The position numbers and the translations under genes are program-made. A stretch of 64,000 bases of DNA from Candidatus Woesearchaeota archaeon B3_Woes (GTDB taxonomy: Archaea; Nanobdellota; Nanobdellia; Woesearchaeales; B3-WOES): assembly GCA_005222965.1 (NCBI GenBank), contig NJBG01000001.1, positions 82,323 to 146,322 on the forward strand, read 5' to 3'. The notes beneath the pieces were generated by a model that worked only from the letters and a program-made list of their open reading frames with translations, did not search any database and was not told where the DNA came from. Below are positions 19,677 through 29,337 of this stretch, piece by piece (within the stretch, counting starts at the first letter, position 1; the number at the start of each line of letters is the position of its first letter).

Positions 19677-20759
19677 AATCTTTTTCTTTTTTAATGATTC
19701 GTATGCAAGAATATATAATCCTGCATCCCATGCCTGAAGATTTCCAAAAGATTCTTTTGTTAATGGATTTATCCATTCGGGAAAGTTTCCTTTTAGATTT
19801 GCTTCTGCTAATTTCTTAAGTTCTTCTTCAGCTTTCTTAAATTTCTTAAGCTTGATCAAACTTAAAACATAAAATCCGCCAATATAAGTCCATATTCCCC
19901 CATTCAGATAGTGATGAGGTTCTTTAGCATCACAATCTTCAAAATAATCATGCCACTCTTTTGTTCCTCTTCTTATTGGAGGATAGATTGCCTTAACAGG
20001 ATATGGTCTGTTTATTTTGTTTTTTTCTATGTAATTAATAATCTTTTTTGCCTGTTGCTCATCAGCCAGATCAAAAACAATTGCAAGAAGATTTCCTAAT
20101 GAATCAAACCAATCTCCTATCTCTTTGTATTTATTATGATTTTTCCATCTGTAAGGAACATAAAAATCTTTATCCCATAATTTTGTTTCTTCATATTTAT
20201 TAACCATAAATTTTAATTTTTTTGCGTCTTTTTGATTATTGGTTAAATTCAAAACTTTATAATACATGGCTTGTGTATTTATAGCAACTCCATACTTGTG
20301 TGGAAAAGCATCCTGCCAGTCTGTTGTAGGAAGCTGTTCTAAAACTCCATTTTCACCTATATCCTGAAAACTCAACCAAAACAAAGCTTTTTTTATTGTG
20401 TTTTGATATTTCTTAAATAATGAATTATCTTTGTATCTTTTCTTGTAAACATAATGTCCAATTATATACCACAAAGTTGAATCAATAGAAGCATAATCTA
20501 CATGTGGTTTTCTTTTGCTGTATTTATCTACAGCGTTTGGTATTTGCCCTTTAGGACTTTGATTCGTTGCCAAAACAACTAAGCTTTTCTTAAAAGTCTG
20601 TTTAAATTTAGGATCTAAACTAGCTCCTAAAAAACTTATCATGCTGTCTCTGGACCAAACAGCATTATAACCTTCTTTTCCGCCAGAAGCAAATAAACCA
20701 TGAGGTGTAGAACAAGCTTTTATTACCTCTTTTGCTTTTTTATGACATTCCCCTATCAT
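19668..20759 (-). CDS. (alpha/alpha)6 glycoside hydrolase (GH100 neutral invertase / amylo-alpha-1,6-glucosidase-like)
   Basis: YNAVWSRD, IDSTLWY, YLNGGIW, FPEW, QAWDAG. Confidence 0.8.
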   Translation of the reverse strand: MIGECHKKAKEVIKACSTPHGLFASGGKEGYNAVWSRDSMISFLGASLDPKFKQTFKKSLVVLATNQSPKGQIPNAVDKYSKRKPHVDYASIDSTLWYIIGHYVYKKRYKDNSLFKKYQNTIKKALFWLSFQDIGENGVLEQLPTTDWQDAFPHKYGVAINTQAMYYKVLNLTNNQKDAKKLKFMVNKYEETKLWDKDFYVPYRWKNHNKYKEIGDWFDSLGNLLAIVFDLADEQQAKKIINYIEKNKINRPYPVKAIYPPIRRGTKEWHDYFEDCDAKEPHHYLNGGIWTYIGGFYVLSLIKLKKFKKAEEELKKLAEANLKGNFPEWINPLTKESFGNLQAWDAGLYILAYESLKKKKILI

Positions 20760-20803
20760 GAATATAATTAAGATTATCTATTATTTAAGAGTTTTGGAGT
20801 TTA

Positions 20804-20831
20804 ATAGCTTTTAATAAGATTTGCTGTTTTA
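20804..20831 (+). repeat. dif-like site, left-border type (ATAGCTTTTAA-TAAGAT-TTGCTGTTTTA)
   Basis: Ends about 10 bp from the recombinase stop codon; near-identical core to 10036-10057. Confidence 0.7.
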
Positions 20832-20840
20832 AGAATTAAG

Positions 20841-21671
20841 TTAATCCAATGGGCTTGTTATTGAGTTAAGCATATTAAAATCTGTTTTTATGTATCTTTG
20901 TGTTGTTGAAAGTCTTGCATGCCCTAATAATTTTTGAATATGAAAAGAATCAACACCTTTTTGATTAAGGTGTGTTGCAAAGCTGGATCTTAAAGCGTGG
21001 CAAAATACATTTCTCTTTATTCCGGCTTTTTTAGCTGCGTTTTTAACTATTTTTTCTGCTGTTCTTTTGGAAATGTGAGTTTCTGGATTAGAACTGCTGA
21101 TAAAAATAAAAGAATTTGTATCTTTTCTTTTTTGCAGAAATTCAATTAAATCCTTTATGAATTTTTCAGAAGCTATAACATATCTGTCTTTTTTGCCTTT
21201 ACCTTGTTTTACAATCAAAAATTTATCTTCAAAATAAATATTTTCAATTTTTAGTTTTACTGCCTCATTTACCCTTAATCCAGATGAATATAATAATTCA
21301 ATCAGTAATTTATGTTTAATATTTGTTGTTTTATCTATCATTGCTAAAATATCATTTTTAGTTAGTATAACTGGCTCTTTTATCTCTGGTTTTGCTCTTT
21401 TTAGCCCATTAATAAACCTCCTTTTCATAAAATCAACATAATATGATTTAAATGCGGATATTGCTAAATTTATTGTAGCTGGTTTTGCACCATATTGTTC
21501 AATCATATATAAAATATAATTTTTTACATCATTTTCAGTAATTGTTTTTGAGCCTTTTTTTGTAAATTCTAAAAGTTTTTTGTTAAAAAATAAATAAGAT
21601 TTAATTGTTTCTTTGCTGTAACATCTTATTTTTAATTCATTTTCAAAATTTTTAAGTTCTGTTGTTTTCAT
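20841..21671 (-). CDS. Xer-like tyrosine recombinase/integrase
   Basis: N-terminal SAM-like domain (YSKETIKSY), SGLRVNE, GKGKKDR, HALRSSFATH, LLGH, TTQRY; lacks the IntI-specific insertion. Confidence 0.93.
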   Translation of the reverse strand: MKTTELKNFENELKIRCYSKETIKSYLFFNKKLLEFTKKGSKTITENDVKNYILYMIEQYGAKPATINLAISAFKSYYVDFMKRRFINGLKRAKPEIKEPVILTKNDILAMIDKTTNIKHKLLIELLYSSGLRVNEAVKLKIENIYFEDKFLIVKQGKGKKDRYVIASEKFIKDLIEFLQKRKDTNSFIFISSSNPETHISKRTAEKIVKNAAKKAGIKRNVFCHALRSSFATHLNQKGVDSFHIQKLLGHARLSTTQRYIKTDFNMLNSITSPLD

Positions 21672-21710
21672 AACTATGTTATGAATAGAAGTTATTTATA
21701 TACCTGACGC

Positions 21711-21831
21711 GAGCATGGCAAATGGCAAGTGTATTTACCATAGAGCTTAAAACAGGCGAAGTAAAGCAATACAACCATTTACTATTTGCCAACACCTATT
21801 AATACTTCGTTTAATAGGTGTTAAGTTCAAT
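21711..21831 (+). repeat. about 120-bp repeat upstream of recombinase ending in dif-like site ACTTCGTTTAA-TAGGTG-TTAAGTTCAAT (21804-21831)
   Basis: 11-6-11 architecture; includes perfect inverted repeat AACACCTATTAA-N8-TTAATAGGTGTT (21791-21822). Confidence 0.9.
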
Positions 21832-21915
21832 TGTGTTTAAGTTCTAAAAAAGAAAAAAGGGGGAGTTTGTCCTTTGGACAGATTGGCAAAACCTTTGGTT
21901 TTGAATTGCGATAAT

Positions 21916-22722
21916 TTATTTTGCATATTCCTTTATGAATTGATCTTTGTTATAATGTTTCATTTCCGCTGTTGGCTTCTCATTGAACGCCCCTTCAAAA
22001 TCCTCGAAGTCCAATTGCTTACATTTAGTTTTAATCTCTTCATTATCAAAAACCAAATTATAGAGTGGTTCTAACAATATTGGATTTAATATCTTCAAAT
22101 GGTGCAATATTCGCATTATCTTAAATAAATCTCTTGTATCTAAGGGTGGTTCATTCTTTTTACCCTTATACTCTATTAGTTTTATATCTTCATCCTTGAA
22201 TGTCAACATATTATCGTGAAAGGATTTCAGTATTAATTTGTGTAGAACTTTTTGTTTGTCCTTTAACTCTAGTAATTTATTTGGATAAAAAAAGTAATCT
22301 ACTAGGCCTACTTTTTGCCCATATATATTCTCAATTACCCCTAGTATTTCCTTTAATGAATAAGTGAATCCCTCACAGCATTCCTCTAACTCTTCCTTTG
22401 AACAAACTTGCAAGATTATTCTTAATGTGCCCTTGCCCAAGGTTTCTTCATCAGACGCAAAATTATTAATCTGCAAATGTGGCACGCAGTGTCCTTTTCC
22501 CTCTTCGTGCTTCTCAATTGCAACCCTCGTTTCAATCCTGATTAATTTCTCATTCTTTTTATTCTTTGCATTTAGTGATATCTCAAACCATTCTGCAGTA
22601 TTACCAATCTTAATATTTAAGAAAATCTCGAAAAGCGCATTGTCGAATTTTGTATTGCCCGTTTGACATCCTATTACCCTTACCAGGTCGGGAAGTTCTA
22701 CCTGTCTAGATTTAGACGCCAT
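21916..22722 (-). CDS. hypothetical protein (His-rich HxxxxxHxxPH motif)
   Basis: 268-aa ORF overlapping the upstream gene by 25 nt; KHEEGKGHCVPHLQIN. Confidence 0.65.
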   Translation of the reverse strand: MASKSRQVELPDLVRVIGCQTGNTKFDNALFEIFLNIKIGNTAEWFEISLNAKNKKNEKLIRIETRVAIEKHEEGKGHCVPHLQINNFASDEETLGKGTLRIILQVCSKEELEECCEGFTYSLKEILGVIENIYGQKVGLVDYFFYPNKLLELKDKQKVLHKLILKSFHDNMLTFKDEDIKLIEYKGKKNEPPLDTRDLFKIMRILHHLKILNPILLEPLYNLVFDNEEIKTKCKQLDFEDFEGAFNEKPTAEMKHYNKDQFIKEYAK

Positions 22723-23576
22723 GTTTTCCTCTCTAAATCTGTTTGTATTTGGGATATTTCGCTATCAAATTGCGAAAGTTTGTTCCTTACATCTTCCTGA
22801 AATGTTTCTTGATTCCAATCCTTTCGATAGTATATATCTTTCCAGAAGTTTATGTCAAGTAAATTTTCATCTCTTGGTATTCGTCCGACTTTTCCACCTA
22901 CTAATCCATAAAGTATCTTAAAGTATATCAAATATTTGGTTTTAATGTAATCAAAGTCGCTGTCCAGCAGGGCTTCCTTTTCTCGTATCGTTTCGCGTAC
23001 ACTATTTGATATTTTTACATTACTCAAGGATTTTATTATCGAAATTGTTTGGGCTGACTTTATGCCCTCCTTCTCAGTTATTGTCTCTCCTTGGAGGATA
23101 TATTTTTCAATTTGTAAATTATAGGGTGTTCCATCGCAACCTCTTGTTCTGGAAAAATTATATGAGTATTCAATCTTTAAATCAGGATGGTAAATATATA
23201 TGCCTCTGGCTCTACTATATCTTTCTTCAGAATAGTTCACTGCATAATTGTCTTGGCGATCCATCATTTCTTTGATAAATTTCCTCTTTTCTTTTAACTC
23301 CTTATCTCGTTCGATTAGTCTTAAAACTAGGTCTTCATACGTTTCTCCTGAATTAAGCATTTTTTTTAACTTATTTTTTGTTGCGATTGTTAGTCTAATA
23401 GTTGTTCCAGCTTTATTTGATCCGTTAACTAACGTATTATATTCTCCGAGATTGTTCTGCCTTATTTTTTCGTGAATAAGCCGCTCCATATTCTCCTTGA
23501 GTAACTTCTCAAATTCCTTGTTAGATGCATATGGTTGCCTAATGGTTATATCGCTCATACAACGTATAAGTTGCAT
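22698..23576 (-). CDS. hypothetical protein with RHH/antitoxin-like segment
   Basis: TTIRLTIATKNKLKKM..SGETYEDLVLRLI resembles archaeal ribbon-helix-helix antitoxin domains. Confidence 0.6.
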   Translation of the reverse strand: MQLIRCMSDITIRQPYASNKEFEKLLKENMERLIHEKIRQNNLGEYNTLVNGSNKAGTTIRLTIATKNKLKKMLNSGETYEDLVLRLIERDKELKEKRKFIKEMMDRQDNYAVNYSEERYSRARGIYIYHPDLKIEYSYNFSRTRGCDGTPYNLQIEKYILQGETITEKEGIKSAQTISIIKSLSNVKISNSVRETIREKEALLDSDFDYIKTKYLIYFKILYGLVGGKVGRIPRDENLLDINFWKDIYYRKDWNQETFQEDVRNKLSQFDSEISQIQTDLERKTWRLNLDR

Positions 23577-23956
23577 ACATATATATAAATCTTTCGATTA
23601 TTACTAATGGCTAAGCAGAATGTATGCATTGTATACAATATATACTGGTTTTGTAAATAGCACTAGTGATGTGTCAGAAAATTTATAGAATTAGTACTAA
23701 ATTCATTTATTGAATCTCACTGATATTGAAAGTTAATTTAATTGGATGAAAATTATATGATTTTTCACTTGGGCGATTTGAAAGAAATTTGTTGGAATAT
23801 TTTCCATTGCTCACCATTTGGTAAGCTATTCTGATTAAACAAAAAAACTCCCCCCAGTGCTTCGCACATATAGACTCGCTTCGCTCGAATTGATTGGAAC
23901 TTAAACACAACTCTACGGACGCGGTTTGACCCCACGTTGTATGGAAAAAGAAACTA

Positions 23957-23984
23957 ACAGGAATTTTCCTATGTTAAACTCAAT
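23957..23984 (+). repeat. dif-like half site (CCTATG-TTAAACTCAAT) next to the rpl31e 3' end
   Basis: TGTTA-N4-CAAT right arm; left arm degenerate. Confidence 0.5.
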
Positions 23985-24010
23985 AATTTTTTAATCTTAA
24001 TTAAGAAAAA

Positions 24011-24550
24011 CTATTTATTAGAAGGAGCACTTGGATGTTGCTCAACTGGTTTTTCTTTTACAACAGGTTTAGGAGCAGGAGTTGCTGGTTTTTCTTTCTG
24101 AATTGTCTTTATTTCTTCTTTTTCAATTTCTTTTTTCTCTTCAGAAGGTCCTTTTTCTTCAATAGGCTTTTCTTCTGGTTTTTCTTTCTTAGGCTTTTTC
24201 TCAAGCTTTGCTCTTGCTTTCTTAAGAACAGCAGGAACCCTTTCTTTAAGTTTAACACCTTCTAACTCAACTTTAACTAAACCATTTTTATCCTTAACAG
24301 CTCTAATCTTTATATGATGGGGTGGATTCTTAATTCCATGTTTCCATATCTCTAAATTTGCGTGTTTTCCTATTTTAACATCTTCACTCTTCATATTTTT
24401 TATAATAAATTGTTTCAGAGCATTAACAGCCTTTTTAGCTCTTTTATATTTAGGAACTTTAAGCCATTCTTTACGTAAAGGAACATTATAAACTCTTTCT
24501 AAGACTATTTCTGTTGATTCGTCTTTTTTCTTAGATTTTTTCTCAGCCAT
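24011..24550 (-). CDS. rpl31e: 50S ribosomal protein L31e with K/E/P-rich C-terminal extension
   Basis: ERVYNVPLR, RAKKAV, IWKHGIKNPP. Confidence 0.95.
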   Translation of the reverse strand: MAEKKSKKKDESTEIVLERVYNVPLRKEWLKVPKYKRAKKAVNALKQFIIKNMKSEDVKIGKHANLEIWKHGIKNPPHHIKIRAVKDKNGLVKVELEGVKLKERVPAVLKKARAKLEKKPKKEKPEEKPIEEKGPSEEKKEIEKEEIKTIQKEKPATPAPKPVVKEKPVEQHPSAPSNK

Positions 24551-24551
24551 T

Positions 24552-24725
24552 TTATACCTTTAGCTTAGTTCTTCTCCAGTTTCTCTTTACAGCTGTATGT
24601 CTACCAGGATGAACTCTACGTCCCTTTCCATATATCTTTACAACTGTCCAAAAAGGCGCCCATCTGGTTTGTTTATGCCTTTTGGCTAGTCTTTGCTTCC
24701 GATTTGGATGTTTGTACCTTGCCAT
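24552..24725 (-). CDS. rpl39e: 50S ribosomal protein L39e (missed by ORF track)
   Basis: Hand translation MARYKHPNRKQRLAKRHKQTRWAPFWTVVK...KRNWRRTKLKV, canonical position between rps19e and rpl31e. Confidence 0.93.
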   Translation of the reverse strand: MARYKHPNRKQRLAKRHKQTRWAPFWTVVKIYGKGRRVHPGRHTAVKRNWRRTKLKV

Positions 24726-25251
24726 CTTCTTCTTTTTTTACAGGTTCTTTCTTTACTTCTTTTGGTTTTTCAACCTTTTTTGGTTGTTCAACTGGTTTTT
24801 CAATCTTTTTAGGTTGAACATTTGAACCTTTATAAATTTGAGTTGAGATTTTATCTAAAAATGATTTTCCTTCTGATGTTAGAATTCTTCCTTTATATTT
24901 TGATTTACTGTCTGTTTTAAGAAAGCCCGCTTTTTCAAGCTGTTGTAATGCTTTTCTTATTATATTTCCAGAACCAGGATAGAACCTTGAAGGTTTATGG
25001 CCTCTTCTTTTTTTACCACCATACTTAACTCTTAATTTTGAAACACCAATAGGACCATATTTATAGACTGTTCTTAAAACAGCTGCTGTTCTTGTATACC
25101 ACCAATCGTTTTTTATAGGAACTCTCTCTTTATGTCTTCCTGTTTTTGCATACATAGCCCAGTCAGGTGCTTTTATATTTTCATTTTTCTTTAATTCTTC
25201 TGAAACTTTTTCTATAAGTTCACTTGCATCAACATCATATATATTTGCCAT
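24673..25251 (-). CDS. rps19e: 30S ribosomal protein S19e
   Basis: PDWA.YAKTG, DWWYTRTAAVLR, GSGNIIRKALQQLE; start placed at MANIYD. Confidence 0.95.
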   Translation of the reverse strand: MANIYDVDASELIEKVSEELKKNENIKAPDWAMYAKTGRHKERVPIKNDWWYTRTAAVLRTVYKYGPIGVSKLRVKYGGKKRRGHKPSRFYPGSGNIIRKALQQLEKAGFLKTDSKSKYKGRILTSEGKSFLDKISTQIYKGSNVQPKKIEKPVEQPKKVEKPKEVKKEPVKKEEDGKVQTSKSEAKTSQKA

Positions 25252-25370
25252 TTTTTCTCCTAAACAGTCATGCCTTGCGGCATTAGATTTGCTATATAAT
25301 AGCCTAAAAACAAGAATTTTCAATGGTTTATAAATTTAATTGTTTCTATACAAAAAAAAGACTCTTTCAT

Positions 25371-25420
25371 TATTTGCCAACACCTATTTAATACTTCATT
25401 TAATATGTGTTATAATCTAA
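25371..25420 (+). repeat. 3' part of the 120-bp repeat with dif-like site ACTTCATTTAA-TATGTG-TTATAATCTAA (25393-25420)
   Basis: Aligns to 21783-21831; borders two hypothetical genes inserted between rps19e and rpoK. Confidence 0.85.
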
Positions 25421-25479
25421 TTCAGAAAAAACTTTTAATTATAAGGGGTTTGGGGCTTATTGACTGATATTGGGTCCAT

Positions 25480-25677
25480 CTATTTTTCAGGTTCTGCCTC
25501 AGGAAATAATTCATAGAACTTTTTTAGAGTATTTTGATATTCAGATGCAATATGTTCTTCCTGAAAAGAACCAGCTATACTTTCAATGGGAGCAGTTGCT
25601 TTATGATCTTCAGCCTGTAAAAGAAGGTACTCTGCAAAATTTTTCAATCTTCCCACTAAATCAGGTTCATTTTCCAT
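25480..25677 (-). CDS. hypothetical protein
   Basis: 65-aa ORF with upstream TATA. Confidence 0.5.
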   Translation of the reverse strand: MENEPDLVGRLKNFAEYLLLQAEDHKATAPIESIAGSFQEEHIASEYQNTLKKFYELFPEAEPEK

Positions 25678-25784
25678 TTTATAGTATATTAAAACTAATT
25701 TATTTATAAATCTTACTATTTGTTACTACTATTTAGACATTACAATCGATAAATTTATAAATATAATCAGATTTTCTTATTTTT

Positions 25785-26171
25785 ATGAAACATATAAGAG
25801 ATATGATAAAAGGAGATTTAACAGTATTAATAAAAGGTGATGTAAAAGATGAAGAATCAGCTATTGCTGAAGCTTTTTCTAATCTTTTTTGGCCTACAAT
25901 AGGCAGAAACTCTAGATGGCCTAAATTTACAAAAACATTAAGATATTTTCAAAAAGATACAAATAGGGGTGGACCCGTTTCTGATGTACTAACACCAGAA
26001 GAAATTGCAGATATACTAGTTTTAGCAGGAGTTTACAAAAATCAAGGGGGAGCTATGCTTGATATGGAAAATATTCTTGATTTAAGATTAAGTGTAATGA
26101 GTGGAGCAGATTATATATGGGTAGAGAAAAAAGGTGGATACTATTTACGAACAAAATATAGTATGGATTAA
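25785..26171 (+). CDS. hypothetical protein
   Basis: 128-aa ORF with upstream TATA. Confidence 0.55.
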   Translation: MKHIRDMIKGDLTVLIKGDVKDEESAIAEAFSNLFWPTIGRNSRWPKFTKTLRYFQKDTNRGGPVSDVLTPEEIADILVLAGVYKNQGGAMLDMENILDLRLSVMSGADYIWVEKKGGYYLRTKYSMD

Positions 26172-26212
26172 ACTTCTTTCTTAATTTTTAAAAATATATA
26201 AAAAAGAAAAAA

Positions 26213-26446
26213 TTAGACCTTTGGTTTTGGCAAAGGCCTACGAATAGTTATTGGCAATAAATCTTCTTCAAATTCTCTTTTAGCTATACTTATAGGATTA
26301 TACTTCATTTTCTTCAAATCTCCATCACTTAGTTTAACTAAAAAAGGAGCACCCATTGCTATTTGCAAAGCCCTTGAACCAATCATACGTGCTTTCTCAT
26401 ATTTTGTATGATCTGTAATTTCTTTTGTTTTAACATCTACGACCAT
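26213..26446 (-). CDS. rpoK: DNA-directed RNA polymerase subunit K (Rpo6)
   Basis: [21 protein letters not shown]. Confidence 0.95.
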   Translation of the reverse strand: MVVDVKTKEITDHTKYEKARMIGSRALQIAMGAPFLVKLSDGDLKKMKYNPISIAKREFEEDLLPITIRRPLPKPKV

Positions 26447-26456
26447 TTTAAGTACC

Positions 26457-27242
26457 TCACTTAATATGCTTCCTCATTTCATCGCATTTTTTAGAAGCTA
26501 ATTCTACCATTTTGTCAATATCATTTATACTCAAAGGCTCAACTTCTCCTTTTTGCATAGCGCATATCTTGCCTTCTTTTGTTGTAGCAACTGTCAAACG
26601 AGCATCTACAACCTTTTCTTCTTCTGTTGTAGGATCAATTAGATATGTATCTCCTATTTTACAAACAGTAACAGAAACAGGATCTTTTTTGCTTAAAGGC
26701 AAAGATTCCTTTGTTAACTCTTTGTAATTAACCTTATCATCCTCTATCTTTGGAAATTTGGCATTCTTAAGAGCAACCATTGCTGCTAAAGCAGAAGCAT
26801 CAAACAAATTTCCATCAACATTAATAGTTATGATATCAATAGCAACTATCCATATTTTCTCGCCTTTTTCAATACATAACTTCTTAAAATCAAGTACTTT
26901 GCTTTCCCTAATACCCCTATCAACAACTCTTGCCAATTCAACTGCTCCTATTGAAGGCGGTCCTGATTCAAATTCAGGATTTGACATTGGCAATAGTTCT
27001 GCACCAACCATAATTGTTCCTTCATCAGGAGAATCTGGATAGGGTTTTCCTAATTCTAATTTAACCCCAACTATAACCTCTGTATCACCAATCTTTACTC
27101 TTGCAGAACCCTCTGCACTTTTGCTTATGTTGGTTTCTACACTTATGTCTCTGTATTCGTCAAATTTACGTCCATCAAATCTGATATTTTTCTTAAAAAA
27201 GCCATCCATATGTAATTTTAGATCTTCAATCATTTTATTCAC
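26457..27242 (-). CDS. rrp42: exosome subunit Rrp42
   Basis: [31 protein letters not shown]. Confidence 0.95.
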   Translation of the reverse strand: MNKMIEDLKLHMDGFFKKNIRFDGRKFDEYRDISVETNISKSAEGSARVKIGDTEVIVGVKLELGKPYPDSPDEGTIMVGAELLPMSNPEFESGPPSIGAVELARVVDRGIRESKVLDFKKLCIEKGEKIWIVAIDIITINVDGNLFDASALAAMVALKNAKFPKIEDDKVNYKELTKESLPLSKKDPVSVTVCKIGDTYLIDPTTEEEKVVDARLTVATTKEGKICAMQKGEVEPLSINDIDKMVELASKKCDEMRKHIK

Positions 27243-27924
27243 CTTTATACCTGTCTTTCAGGATTTTTTTTTGAACTTCATTAATCTTTTTACAGGCCCC
27301 TATACCCATTTCAACAGCCTTCTTGAGTTCTTCTTTTTTAATCTCTCCATCTAACTGCATTAGTGATACTTTTCCACTGTTAGGTAAAACAGCAATAGGA
27401 ACATCAACAGTTCCTTCAATGTCTTCTTCTTCCTTGCTTAAATCAACAACTGGTTTTCCATTAACCAGACCAACAGCAATTGATGATACCATTTCTTTCA
27501 TAGGAATTCCAGCATCTGCTAGGGCCATTGAAGCTGCACATATTCCAGCACATCTTGTTCCAGCATCTGTCTGTGGAAATTCAATATAAAGATCTACAAC
27601 AGCATTTGGAAACTCATTCAAACCAATAATTGGTGTTAATGCATTCTTAGTAACTAATGCTATCTCTTTTGAACGTCTGCTTCCGCCAGGTCTTATTCTA
27701 TCTCCACTTCCTGAAAAAGGCATCATATTATAATTACATCTTAAAATACCTTTCTCTGGATTTTGTAAAAATCTAGGATGTAATGATCTAGGACCATAAA
27801 CAGCAGCATAAGCCACAGTATTTCCTATCTTGAACATTGCAGAACCATCAGCTCTCTTAATAACCCCTACTTTAGCCTCTATTGGTCTTGTCTCGTCAAC
27901 TTTTCTTTTATCTGGTCTGCTCAT
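27235..27924 (-). CDS. rrp41: exosome exonuclease Rrp41
   Basis: RADGSA, VYGPR, SRRSKE, DAGTRCA. Confidence 0.95.
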   Translation of the reverse strand: MSRPDKRKVDETRPIEAKVGVIKRADGSAMFKIGNTVAYAAVYGPRSLHPRFLQNPEKGILRCNYNMMPFSGSGDRIRPGGSRRSKEIALVTKNALTPIIGLNEFPNAVVDLYIEFPQTDAGTRCAGICAASMALADAGIPMKEMVSSIAVGLVNGKPVVDLSKEEEDIEGTVDVPIAVLPNSGKVSLMQLDGEIKKEELKKAVEMGIGACKKINEVQKKILKDRYKGE

Positions 27925-28616
27925 TTTTTCACCTTTGCTTCTTTTTCTAAGAATGCTTTAATATTATCTGTCAAACCTGCTTTATGAGATTCTTTCTCTA
28001 TCATTCTAATTGCTTTTATAGTTAGAATCTCTTTTTCAGGTTCTCCTTGTAACCACAATAAACCATTTTGACCAACAGTTATTCTGCATCCAGTAGCATC
28101 TTTTATCATACTGACCATACTTCCCTGCTTGCCGATAATTCTTGGTACTTTGTTTGAATTAACATTGATTACTCTTCCACCCTTAAGCTTATGCAATCCA
28201 GGGCCCTTTGCAGTTACATCAATTAATTTTTGTGAAGTAACATTTGTTATGTTACAAACAACATATTCCCCAAAATCAAAATATTTTCTTAAGTTAGCTC
28301 CCTTAGGAATAAAATCAGATGTTCCTTCTTTCATGCTAAGCATAGCATGATAGGCTGTGTTTGTATCTAAGAGCCATCCGCTCATTATAACATCTGTAAT
28401 TTTGGCAATTATTGTGTCTCCTCTCTTAGGAATATATTTTCCTGTTAAAGGAATAATCTTTATTGCCCTATTATCTATTGACAATAATCCAATTCTTGAA
28501 GAGAATATCTTTTCTCCTTCTCTGTAGGTTCCCTGCCCAGGTAAAGTATCCATTCCTTCTGCTAGGCATTCACCAGGAACTACAACTTCTTTTTCTTTTA
28601 ATAGTATTTTTCCCAT
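27921..28616 (-). CDS. rrp4: exosome RNA-binding protein Rrp4
   Basis: VVPGE, YIPKRGD (S1), VPRIIGKQGSM (KH). Confidence 0.95.
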   Translation of the reverse strand: MGKILLKEKEVVVPGECLAEGMDTLPGQGTYREGEKIFSSRIGLLSIDNRAIKIIPLTGKYIPKRGDTIIAKITDVIMSGWLLDTNTAYHAMLSMKEGTSDFIPKGANLRKYFDFGEYVVCNITNVTSQKLIDVTAKGPGLHKLKGGRVINVNSNKVPRIIGKQGSMVSMIKDATGCRITVGQNGLLWLQGEPEKEILTIKAIRMIEKESHKAGLTDNIKAFLEKEAKVKK

Positions 28617-28627
28617 TATTTTTCACC

Positions 28628-29329
28628 TTATTTAGTACTTAGTACTTTGCTTTCTACATTACCATGACATATTGCATTTAACTTTTCATAAAAGTCTTCT
28701 TCTAATCCGCCAGGCATTTCTATGACAACTGCTAAACTTCCATCACTTAACCAGTCTTCTCTTGTCTTTTTTCCAAAACTGTTTATAACGCTGTATGATT
28801 TTGAAGCATATTCAGCTGGAATCTTAACAGTTATTTCTTTTATCTCAAATTTAATTGGAAGTATAGGTCTTAACTTGGTTACTATCTCTTCCATTTGTTT
28901 TTGAGTACTCTCGAACTCGTCAATATGAACCTTAACTTGTTCCATTGCCAATTCAATTCTTTGTGGTGGATGTGGATTGTGTGTTTTAGGATCCACAGCA
29001 TTTCTATGAATTAAATCGATTATTTGTTTTTTCTTTGTTTCTCTTAACTTCTGTTTGTATTCTGCAGTTAGAGCAAAATCTCCTTTTCTTATGATTTCTT
29101 CTGCAACCTTTTCAACGTCTTCTGTTTCAAAGCACTGTTTTAATGCTGTTGGACTCGCTTCCATGCCTTTTTTAGAGTCTGTAAAGATTTTTTCAACAGC
29201 CAAAACCTCTTTTACATCAGTTATACTTCCTGATTTAAAAGCAACCGCTTTGTCAGAATCTATTAGAATTTCAAAATTCTGTCCGTGAGTTTTTAATTTT
29301 GCAGTATTTGCTTCGTCTACATTAACCAT
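28628..29329 (-). CDS. sdo1: ribosome maturation factor SBDS/Sdo1
   Basis: NFEIL, DPKTHNPHPPQRIE; conserved exosome-proteasome context. Confidence 0.93.
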   Translation of the reverse strand: MVNVDEANTAKLKTHGQNFEILIDSDKAVAFKSGSITDVKEVLAVEKIFTDSKKGMEASPTALKQCFETEDVEKVAEEIIRKGDFALTAEYKQKLRETKKKQIIDLIHRNAVDPKTHNPHPPQRIELAMEQVKVHIDEFESTQKQMEEIVTKLRPILPIKFEIKEITVKIPAEYASKSYSVINSFGKKTREDWLSDGSLAVVIEMPGGLEEDFYEKLNAICHGNVESKVLSTK

Positions 29330-29337
29330 TGTGGAAG

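Larger units (their letters stand above)
21831..23910. mobile_element. two-gene module bounded by 14-bp inverted repeats TTGTGTTTAAGTTC / GAACTTAAACACAA
   Basis: IRs at 21831-21844 and 23897-23910; secondary IR GGGGGAGTTT at 21859-21868 / 23845-23854. Confidence 0.65.

Noticed and set aside
21804..21831. Single chromosomal dif with housekeeping XerA
   Set aside because: Cannot be fully excluded for one site, but it does not explain multiple copies at accessory-gene borders.
23707..23910. 67-aa ORF at the module end
   Set aside because: It runs across the inverted-repeat and hairpin region and has no credible start context.
20841..23984. Classical integron (IntI, attI, attC array)
   Set aside because: Sites contain GTTRRRY-like cores, but the recombinase lacks the IntI-specific insertion, there is no tandem attC array, and the sites fit an 11-6-11 dif geometry better.
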